Part shown: positions 1 through 7,799 of the stretch, in pieces | How positions within the stretch are numbered: the first letter of the stretch is position 1 | Layout: the number at the start of each line of letters is the position of its first letter | Assembly: GCF_006345805.1 (NCBI RefSeq) | Contig: NW_021827763.1 | Coordinates: 1 to 9,956, forward strand | Direction: 5' to 3' | DNA length: 9,956 nt | From: Octopus sinensis | Taxonomy: Eukaryota | Translations under genes and position numbers: made by a program | Notes under the pieces: generated by a model | What the model saw: only the letters and a program-made list of their open reading frames with translations | Told to the model about the DNA's origin: nothing | Databases searched by the model: none

Positions 1-65
1 AATAGGTCACGAGACGTGACATGACAGGACTATTGTTACTAATTTCGTCATAGCTGCTGTGGAAG
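1..65 (+). repeat. Fragment of an unclassified interspersed repeat, inverted relative to 3661-3720
   Basis: 13-58 matches the reverse complement of 3667-3712 at 44/46 nt (gacgtgacatgacaggact...ttcgtcatagctgct). Runs off the window edge. Confidence 0.7.
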
Positions 66-272
66 GGAGAGGGAAAAAAAAGAAAAAATTTTTCTGCTGA
101 CAGGATGTTTTACTCCAAGGTGGGCGGGGGGGACTAAAATCTTGGGGAAAAAAGAATTTAAGTTTTGACCATACACTGAATAACACTATAAAATGGTCAA
201 AACTTTTTTCACAGGAACTTAGTTCGATTTGAAAACCCCGCTAGAAAGCGCTAATACATGATCTAAGTTATA

Positions 273-786
273 TCTTATATATATAAAACTGTAGTTGTGT
301 GAGTGTCTGTCCCCTTCGATTTAGATTCCTAACTACTCCCACATTTTGCGGTGCAGTTTAACCAAATTCGGGTATCTTATAGTCGTGATTCATATCGAGC
401 CCGTCTGAGTATTAGCGCGCGTCTACGATGAGTCTACGATTTTAAAAATAATTAACATCATTTTTTATTCCATTTTAATGCATAATTTTTCGTGTGTCGA
501 TGGCGGCGGAGTTGGCGTCCATGGTCACACCTGCACCTGTTTTGCTTCTCCACCTTCTTCCCTCCCTCGTGAAGCTGTGGGGAAGGGAGTGTAAGGAAAT
601 CAACGTCGTAAAGCGTTGTCAAGGAGACCAGCGTTCTTTTAGAACAACGATTTCATGGCTTGAAGACACCAAAACAGAAATGGCTAAGAAAGCCCGAATT
701 GGCATCTATAAGGGAAGTAACTCTCTAAAAATGCTTATATAGTTATTTCCCTTACAAACCCGAGCAACGCCGGGCGTTACTGCTAG
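273..786 (+). mobile_element. Non-autonomous Helitron-type element with both termini
   Basis: Starts TC (TCTTATATATATAAAA) after host A272 and ends CTAG (783-786) before host T787. GC hairpin CCCG-agcaacgc-CGGG at 759-774 lies 8 nt upstream of CTAG. No TSD and no RepHel coding. Confidence 0.85.
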
Positions 787-974
787 TGATATATAAAACA
801 TATAATATACAAATAAATATCTGTAAATATAAAACCATCCAGATTTCTGAGTACCTCATTTCTTCCAATATAAAATACCTGTACATCATCTCCAAACCTT
901 CCAATATATATATATATACATAAACCAACGTATAGTAACTGAAAAATTCATATATATTAATACAAACACCTTCG

Positions 975-1341
975 TTACAATTACTTCTACTGAAAATGTC
1001 ATCTTCCAAGCTAAACTCTCCAGCTTCGAACAGTTGATTCATCTACAGCATCATCACCATAATCTTCACAAACATTTTTGCAAGTCTGTGAAGAAGCATT
1101 TCCCCTTTTTTAAAAAATGAAAAGCATTACAACACGAATATGAAAGTTTGGTTATCCCTTTATATATTAATAATTGGTAACCGGAATGAGAGATAAATCT
1201 ATTTTTAGTCAGGAACAAAAAAATGCACTACTACCACTTCAAGCGACGCCAAAGTTTTAACCGTGTTACGTATCAGGTGTGGTCAATGAAGCGTGAAAAG
1301 ATTTAGCTTAAAAACGCTCAGTCCTTTCCAGATAACGTAAT
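975..1341 (-). mobile_element. Degenerate mariner (DD34D-type) 5' fragment: probable left TIR plus N-terminal HTH
   Basis: Minus-strand translation from 1142 gives HIRVVMLFIF*KRGNASSQTCKNVCEDYGDDAVDESTV, then after a deletion or shift FEAGEFSLEDD, resembling the mariner HTH (..ICAVYGEDAVSERTVRRWF..FRSGDFSLEDEPRSGRP). TIR-like TTACGTTATCTGGAAAGGACTGAGCGTTTTT at about 1340-1310. No second TIR seen. Confidence 0.75.
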
Positions 1342-1346
1342 GTATA

Positions 1347-1558
1347 TGTAGTTGTGTGTGTATGTGTGTGTTGCATTTGTGTTTCCCCCCCACCCCACCA
1401 CTTCACAGCTAGTGTTAGGTTGTCTAAGCCCCCAAGTCTAATAAAATAAGTACCAGGCTTAAATAAAGACTGGGGTCAATTTGTTCGACCAAACCGTTCA
1501 AGGTGGTGCCCCAGCTGGGTCGTAGTCCAGTGATTGAAACACGTAAAAGGTAAAATAT
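1347..1558 (+). mobile_element. Diverged 3' half of the SINE family found at 6645-7060
   Basis: GT-rich start, then aataagtaccaggctt...ggggtcaatttgttcgac...ggtggtgccccagc...tgattgaaacacgtaaaagg, collinear with the 3' half of the 6645-7060 copy. Confidence 0.75.
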
Positions 1559-1559
1559 T

Positions 1560-1716
1560 ACACACACAGACACACAGACACACACACAGACACACACACA
1601 GACGCAGACACGCACACAGATACAGACATAGACAAAGACACGGACAGACAGACAGACACAGGCTCACGCGCGCACACACGCACACACACACACACACATA
1701 CACACACACACACACA
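1560..1716. repeat. Compound (CA)n/(CAGA)n microsatellite
   Basis: Read directly from the sequence. Confidence 0.95.
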
Positions 1717-2330
1717 GCGTAGTCCAAAAGTAACAAGTCCATTTTAAATATAAATAACTCATTTACAATTGATTTTTCAGGGGTTTTTTTGCTTCAGATT
1801 ATTGACCCGTACATCTTGGAAAATAATCGTAGAGAAAGTTACGATAAAGCAACGAGTAAAAATAATCGAATTTTATCAAGAATATCAACAATCAATTGTG
1901 TTAACCCAAAGGACATACATTCGTCATTTTGGATTCTGACAATCACCATCAAAGAAGCAATTCCCAGCATATTCTGACGGTTTAAACTATAGAAGGCTGT
2001 GACTGGATTACCACGAACAGAAAGGCCGGGCTCAGGGAAGTCTCAGAACAACATTCAACGTGTATGGTTGAGCATAGAAGAAATGCTTTCACCACCACCC
2101 CAATGGCGGGTCCCAGTAGCTTGGTGTATCCCGAAGCTCACCACAGGGGAGTCAAAGGATACTGAATTTATAAAGTGCAGCTGGTTCAGGAACTAAACCC
2201 AGCAGATTATCGGATGCGATTAATGTATGCTGCCCAGAAACAAGAATTAGCAAAGCAAGAAGGTGATTTTATTCACAACCTGATTATGAGTGATAAGGCT
2301 CATTTAAATCTAAACGGCTTTATTATAAAT
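1715..2330 (+). mobile_element. Degenerate Tc1/mariner transposon, 5' half (DUF4817-HTH type, probably DD41D/rosa-like)
   Basis: From 1832: EKVTIKQRVKIIEFYQEYQQSIVLTQRTYIRHF. Then LPRTERPGSGKSQNNIQRV. From 2169: YKVQLVQELNPADYRMRLMYAAQKQELAKQEGDFIHNLIMSDKAHLNLNGF (compare SDEAHFHLNG). Contains stops and frameshifts. Candidate left TIR CAGCGTAGTCCAAAAGTAAC at 1715. Subfamily label is from recall. Confidence 0.8.
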
Positions 2331-2760
2331 CTGGAATCTTAAAGAAGAAGGAACCAGCTACGACATCAAATGGAAAATCATTTCGAAAAGCAGACCCTAT
2401 ATTATTAATTAGTTAAAAAGATGTTCTATATGTTCTCTCGAGAAATTATATATCTTAAAGTACTTAAGGTTCCTCCAGAGTTTACGTAAATTCCGGGAAC
2501 AAGATTTATACGTTATATCTGCATTTTAAAAACACGCCACCGAATTTGAAAATGGCCACTTGACACATCGTAAACCGGTGATGTCTTTGTTGCTCATCTC
2601 CCCTGCGTTTTTTCTTCGGTCTTCTTCTTTATGAGCGTTCTTTGGGTTAAACATAATCTGCCTTAAATGTGTTACAGCGTGAACAATGACAAAATAAATG
2701 TTTTGGTCACGAAACCTTGGGTAGCTGTATTTCACAAGACGTGTGGTTTTCACAATGCGC

Positions 2761-2802
2761 GCACACAAACGCATACAAACACACACACACACACACGCGC
2801 GC
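2761..2802. repeat. (CA)n microsatellite
   Basis: Read directly from the sequence. Confidence 0.9.
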
Positions 2803-2838
2803 ATTTATATATTCATCAAAAGCCCATATAAAAGGTTG

Positions 2839-2900
2839 TCTCATGGTAATTATTGTGACTATCGTAGTATTTTGTGTTCTAACACAACATCCACTTTTAA
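2839..2900 (+). repeat. Direct-repeat copy of 3590-3642 (unclassified repeat fragment)
   Basis: 2866-2900 matches 3608-3642 at 33/35 nt; both are preceded by tctcatg(g/a)taa. Confidence 0.75.
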
Positions 2901-2928
2901 GTAGGAATAAATATTACCTTTCGATATT

Positions 2929-3330
2929 ATTTCATTTCATTTCATTTCATTTGAGTTTGAGTCCATGCTCAGCCCAAGTCGAAGACTCCACCCTCAGAGT
3001 CTGGTGTGGTTGCCAGGTTGTATTCTCTGTTTAATTTTGACATGTGTAGGAGCGAGTTTGAGTCAGTTTGTGCTCGTTGTGTATATCCTGGGAGATGGGG
3101 TTCATCTCTAATGGTGCTTAAGTATCTATCCAGCTGCAATTTGAATGATTCCACACTGTATCCTGATAGATTTCTGACATGTACCGGATGGAGTTGAATA
3201 GTTGTGCTCTCGAACCAACAGACTTGATTCTCGCAGGATTTTTGCTGCCTGCCAGCCTTTTTGTTGATTGGTGGTAGCTGGCAGCGTCTTCCGTGGCGCA
3301 GTGAGTGGTAGGTATTAATACTGTTTTTCA
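2929..3330 (-). mobile_element. 5'-truncated CR1-group LINE: ORF2 C-terminus, short 3' UTR and (TGAAA)n tail
   Basis: With three -1 shifts corrected the minus strand reads INTYHSLRHGRRCQLPPINKK..KILRESSLLVRGAQLFNSIPVHVRNLSGYSVESFKLQLDRYLSTIRDEP..SNSL. The LFN.LP..IRN...FK..LD.YL pattern is typical of CR1/L2-group ORF2 ends. Tail at 2930-2952. Confidence 0.85.
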
Positions 3331-3339
3331 AAGTAATAA

Positions 3340-3760
3340 TAATTTCTTAATAAGCCCACTGGCTGTTCTCAGCGCCAATGACTGTTTAGGTACCGTGATT
3401 CTATATATATCGTTTGCAGGGATATCGCTGCAATCGGCAGGGTTGGAGCGTCTACAATTCACAAAACCAGGGATAGCCAAAATCCCGCGATCTGGTAGTC
3501 TCAGTGGTGTCGATGATGGGTGATTTATCTCCTCGCTCGCGTTAAAAAGAAGAGTGATTTTACGCACCGAAAATCAATATGAGAGTTTCTCTCATGATAA
3601 CTCTCGCAGTATTTTGTGTCCTGACACAACATCCACTTTTAACAGAGTGATGCACACAAGTTTCCAAGCAGCTATGACGAACTTAGTAACAAAAGTCCTG
3701 TCATGTCACGTCACCCTATTCCACAGGATCTCGGAATTAACAGTTCTTAAGGCCTGAATG
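3340..3760. repeat. Unclassified interspersed repeat, possibly a non-autonomous DNA transposon
   Basis: Shares blocks with 1-65 (inverted) and 2839-2900 (direct). Contains the hairpin atgagag-ttt-ctctcat at 3579-3595. Boundaries are approximate and no coding similarity was recognised. Confidence 0.5.
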
Positions 3761-3789
3761 AATGAAGTGCGCAACTGAAGGCCAAGATA

Positions 3790-4170
3790 GCATCTTTATA
3801 AAGATAACGTAGCTCAGAATGATTGTGAGATAATAATTACGATCATAGAACACCAAAACGCCAAGAATCATGAGGTTTTAATTCAATAGTCTACTATGAT
3901 GGAGTATTGTTGAGATCGAACCAATCGACTCAATTTCCACAGCTTGGCTGAGGCTCACCAATACCTGGATGATGCTCGAAATGAATAACCATTTTATCCA
4001 GGCAAGTGAACGATTGTGTTCGTGCATTAAAGTATTCATCGAAGCTGAAGGCGGATTTATGAAATAATCTCATAAGAAAGCTTATCAAGAACATCTGCGC
4101 AAACTTACCTTAAAATATATTTTGTTTTTGCTAGATTAGAGATAGTTTTTAATTAAATCTCCAAATAAGT
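3790..4170 (+). mobile_element. Degenerate Tc1/mariner 3' fragment, maT/DD37D-like C-terminus
   Basis: 3981-4067 translates to MNNHFIQASERLCSCIKVFIEAEGGFMK* (compare M....IRAC.RFR.RIEAVIEAEGGFIE*). Upstream broken frames give YDHRTP and FNSIVYY/WSIVE (compare NPLDYYVWSVVE). 3' boundary uncertain. Confidence 0.7.
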
Positions 4171-4191
4171 CCTCAGATATCTCTCACATCC

Positions 4192-4207
4192 TCTGTCTGT
4201 CTGTTTG

Positions 4208-4255
<48 letters not shown>

Positions 4256-4288
4256 CTACTATCTATCTGTCTATCTATCTATCAATCA

Positions 4289-4351
<63 letters not shown>

Positions 4352-4362
4352 ATCTATCTATC
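4192..4362. repeat. (TCTA)n microsatellite with TCTG and TCAA variant units
   Basis: Read directly from the sequence. Confidence 0.97.
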
Positions 4363-5071
4363 ACGCCTCCTTCCTTCAAACGGGAAGGAAGAGCTATTTT
4401 CATCATCCTTGTGGCTATGGCGAAAGAACGTATCTGGTGGACGCGTCTGAAGGATTGGAGACAAACACTTTCCTCTCTGGTCAATCTCTCATCACTTCTT
4501 CAAGTACCACTTGAAAGGAAGTGAGAGTAGAGAGGCAGTTTTGTCTAGCGAATGTTTTTAAAAAAAAATGGGCGAATGTAGCAAGGATGGCACCTATGAA
4601 TGACGAAGCCACCTTGAGCATAGTCCTATGAACACAGAAATTGAAAACAGAGGGTTACCCACTTGCAAACAAATGTGGTAACATATAACCATATTGACCA
4701 AGGTTACAGTGGTCTTTTTCGTAGGCTTTTCTTCCCACGGATAAACCTTACTTGCTTTCCCCTTTACACCATATATCATAACACTGTGATACACGATCCC
4801 TATTGATCGTTCCTTTTTTTTTCCTCTTCCCCTTTTTTTCCCCCTATTTCTTCTTTTTTCATTTCTCTTTTCTTTTGTTCCTTCCCCTTTCTTTTTTTTT
4901 TCTTTTATTCCTTTTATTCTTTATTCTATTTTTTTTTTGTTCTTTTCTTCCCTTTTACGATCCCTCTTGATCGAAAACCTACGCCATCCCCTTTTTTTCA
5001 TCCCCCAAAAGAAAAGCTCTACCTTGTAACTTGTCCCATCTGTGTGCAGCCCTGTGTGGCCAATAAAGAAA
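4363..5071 (+). mobile_element. L1/Tx1-type LINE 3' end, copy 1
   Basis: After restoring single-base deletions it reads TPPSFKREGRAIFIILVAMAKERIWWTRLKGLETNTFLSGQSLINFFKYHLKRKVRVERQVLSSECF..W.NVARMAPMNDEATLSIVL*, stop at 4629-4631, resembling L1/Tx1 ORF2 C-termini (IW..R motif, terminal RW). About 440 nt of 3' UTR with a T-rich tract, AATAAA at 5062-5067 and a short A-rich end. Confidence 0.75.
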
Positions 5072-5072
5072 C

Positions 5073-5083
5073 TTATCTATCTA

Positions 5084-5160
<77 letters not shown>

Positions 5161-5189
5161 AATCAATCTGTCTATCTATCTATCAATCA

Positions 5190-5240
<51 letters not shown>

Positions 5241-5258
5241 ATCTATCTATCTATCTAT
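5073..5258. repeat. (TCTA)n/(TCTG)n microsatellite between the two LINE copies
   Basis: Read directly from the sequence. Confidence 0.97.
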
Positions 5259-5849
5259 TTGTGCTATGGCGAAAGAGTGTATCTGGTGGACGCGTCTGAA
5301 AGGATTGGAGACAAACACTTTCCTCTCTGGTCATCTTCTCTCAACTTCTCAAGTACCACTTGAAAAGGAAAGTGAGAGTAGAGAGGCAAGTTTTGTCTAG
5401 CGAATGCTTTAAAAAAGATGGGTGAATGTAGCAAGAATGCACGTATGAATGACGAAGCCACCTTGAGCATAATCTTATGAACCCAGAAATTGAAAACAGA
5501 GAGTTGCTTATTTGCAAAAAAAAAAAGAAATATACATGTGACTCCATTGACCGAGGTTACCGTGGTCTTTTTCGTAGGCTTTTCTTTCCACGGGTAAACT
5601 CACCTGTCCTCCCCTTACACTTCATATTGACATTTCTGTGATAACGATCCCTATTGATATCAATTTTTTTTTTCCTCTCTCCCTTTTTTTTAACCCCCCC
5701 CCTTTTTTTGTCTCTTTCTCTCCTTTTACGATCCTTTTGATCGAAACTCCCCCTTCCTTTTTTTTTTTTAAACCTTCAAAAGAAAAGCTCTACCTTGTAA
5801 TTTGTTATATCTGTGTGCAGCCCTGTGTGTCTAATAAAGAAAAGAAACA

Positions 5850-5850
<1 letters not shown>
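5259..5850 (+). mobile_element. L1/Tx1-type LINE 3' end, copy 2 (about 45 nt more 5'-truncated)
   Basis: Collinear with 4408-5071. Reads MAKECIWWTRLKGLETNTFLSG..., stop at 5478-5480, AATAAA at 5833-5838, end AAGAAAAGAAACAA. Confidence 0.75.
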
Positions 5851-5902
<52 letters not shown>

Positions 5903-5930
5903 CTATCTGTCTGTCTGTCTGTCTGTCTAC

Positions 5931-5973
<43 letters not shown>
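5851..5973. repeat. (TCTA)n/(TCTG)n microsatellite
   Basis: Read directly from the sequence. Confidence 0.97.
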
Positions 5974-6339
5974 CCACTTCTCTAGAAAATACATAGCAGC
6001 CACTTTTGTTAGTAATTTTTTGAACTGAAATTATTGCATTGTGATTGAATAAATGCAATAACTTACATATTTTTCCCATACATCTGATGCAACAGTTTAT
6101 CTAATGACCACCAATGATGGAAGCATGCTATGAACACACAGGTTCGTGAATATCCCTGCGTGAATCCAGAATAATATTGAAGACAGCTGATGGATGGGTC
6201 TTCCCTCTCTCTTTTCGCATTTTTCCTCTATGAAACATGAGTTACGTATATTAATTGTATATTACATCAATTAATATATAATAGTCTGACAGCTTGGCCA
6301 TGAACTACCATTTTTGAATGTATAACTGCGACAGCATGC

Positions 6340-6364
6340 ATCTATCTATCTATCTATCTATCTA
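6340..6364. repeat. Short (TCTA)6 array
   Basis: Read directly; no LINE end is recognisable next to it. Confidence 0.9.
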
Positions 6365-6613
6365 AACGAAAGCACTGACAGCTGACACCATCGATAGACT
6401 TAGAGAAAGGAACTTGAAGGGAGAAGACCACGTTGATAGCAACAGAAGACACTGTATCTAAGTGAAGAGAAAGAAATACGAAGTATGTGGAAGCTTTTCT
6501 CAATTATTTTACTTCAATGGGCATTAACTTCTCAAGGTTTTTATTTTCGGACTGAATTCGATTGGGAGGCAGAGGTATAACCCCAAGCAGGTTAGTGTAT
6601 TGCAGTATGACCG

Positions 6614-6644
<31 letters not shown>

Positions 6645-6645
<1 letters not shown>

Positions 6646-7060
6646 CTCTTTACTCTTTTACTCTTTTACTCTTTTACTTGTTTCAGTCATTTGACTGCGG
6701 CCATGCTGGAGCACCGCCTTTAGTCGAGCAAATCGACCCCGGACTTATTCATTGTAAGTCCAGTACTTATTCTATCAGTCTCTTTTGCCGAACCGCTAAG
6801 TGACGGGGACGTAAACACACCAGCATCGGTTGTCAAGCAATGCTAGGGGGACAGACACAGACACACAAACACACACACACATATATATATATATGTATAC
6901 ATATATACGACAGGCTTCTTTCAGTTTCCGTCTACCAAATCCACTCACAGGGCATGGTCGGCCCGGGGCTATAGCAGAAGACTTGCCCAGATGGCCACGC
7001 AGTGGGACTGAACCCGGAACCATGTGGCTGGTTAGCAAGCTACTTGCCACACAGCCACTA
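6645..7060 (-). mobile_element. Near-full-length tRNA-derived SINE with a CORE-like segment, internal microsatellite and (GAGTAAAA)n tail
   Basis: On the minus strand: A-box-like TGGCTGTGTGG (7057-7047), B-box-like GGTTCAGTCCC (7014-7004), TGGGCAAGTC resembling the CORE-SINE motif, internal (TA)/(GT) repeat at about 6851-6907, 3' stem-loop CAGTCA-aa-TGACTG, tandem tail at 6645-6678. Both flanks are (TA)n. Resembles octopus tRNA-SINEs from recall. Confidence 0.88.
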
Positions 7061-7063
7061 CTG

Positions 7064-7185
7064 TATATATATATAGGCATACACGCACACACACACACAA
7101 ACACACACAACACCACACACACACACACACACACAACTATATATATATATATATAATATATATACATGGATATATGCGTATATAT
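7064..7185. repeat. Compound (TA)n/(CA)n microsatellite
   Basis: Read directly from the sequence. Confidence 0.92.
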
Positions 7186-7242
7186 AGTTGAAATTTACAG
7201 AAAAACAAATGACGAAGATAGGTATAGAAACAAGAAGCAGGT

Positions 7243-7508
7243 GTACTCCCTTGCACCCTCCGTTGACTCGAACCTTGCTTCTATTGTGGCGTGGTTAGAC
7301 ATCTTTCACAGTCACACCAAGACACTTTTAGATGGTGCTTTCCTCCAGGTGTTCAAATCTTTTTTTCTCTATATATTGTATACTTTATAGACAATAGTCT
7401 TTTCTTTAATTTAATCTTTTATTTCGTTTGGTGGTGTTATCCTAGATTCACCGTCTTTGTAGGTGATCAATATGTATTTATTCCATTTTAATTTCAATAA
7501 GTTCGCGC
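7243..7508 (-). mobile_element. Internally deleted duplicate of 8001-8297 (LINE ORF1 remnant)
   Basis: Collinear direct repeat from gtactcccttgca to gttcgcgc, with short internal deletions relative to the 8001-8297 copy. Confidence 0.85.
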
Positions 7509-7510
7509 CC

Positions 7511-7665
7511 GAACTTATTCTTTGTAAGCCTAGTACGTATTATATCGGTCTTTTTGTGGAACCGCTAAGTTACGGACGTAAACCCACCAGCATTGTTTGT
7601 CAAGCGATGCTGGGGAGGGGGGCAAACACAGACACACAAACACACACATATATATATACATACAT
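7511..7665 (-). mobile_element. Internal SINE fragment lacking both head and tail
   Basis: acttattctttgtaagcctagtac...gaaccgctaagttacggacgtaaac...gtcaagcgatgctgggg...acacagacacacaaac aligns to about 6741-6880. Confidence 0.85.
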
Positions 7666-7799
7666 AGTGCTAGTGCATGTATATATGTGTATATATATAT
7701 GTTTACATATTACATATACATCGATATATATACATCTACACATAAAATACAAAATACAAATTTATATCTTGATATCGCTAGTGATAACAATACTCAAAA

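Noticed and set aside
494-742. 82-aa ORF inside the Helitron
   Set aside because: GTG start, no Rep or helicase motif, and lies within a short non-autonomous element.
1424-1742. CVCV/HTHT ORFs here and at 2526-3034, 6796-7167, 7463-7822, 9394-9609
   Set aside because: Translations of (CA)n/(TA)n microsatellites joined to SINE sequence.
2526-2760. Minus-strand ORF segment MFNPKNAHKEEDRRKNAGEMSNKDITGLRCVKW as an exon
   Set aside because: No recognisable family, no convincing splice sites, and the ORF start lies in a microsatellite.
4192-5973. CRISPR-like repeat/spacer reading of the alternating blocks
   Set aside because: The repeats are simple 4-mers over 120 nt long, the inserts are 600-700 nt and homologous to each other, and there are no cas genes.
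4205-6028. ORFs rich in SIYL/LSIY (4205-4450, 5042-5400, 5638-6028)
   Set aside because: Translations of (TCTA)n arrays, which lack stops in these frames.
6031-6278. 10-11 bp inverted repeats at 6031-6061 and 6247-6278
   Set aside because: Arms are almost entirely A/T in an AT-rich region, so they are plausible by chance and mark no element ends.
7004-7060. tRNA gene
   Set aside because: A/B-box-like motifs continue into SINE body sequence and no complete cloverleaf is evident.
7186-7242. Short segment recalling a Penelope-like terminal repeat
   Set aside because: Only about 60 nt, resemblance from memory, no RT or GIY-YIG coding nearby.
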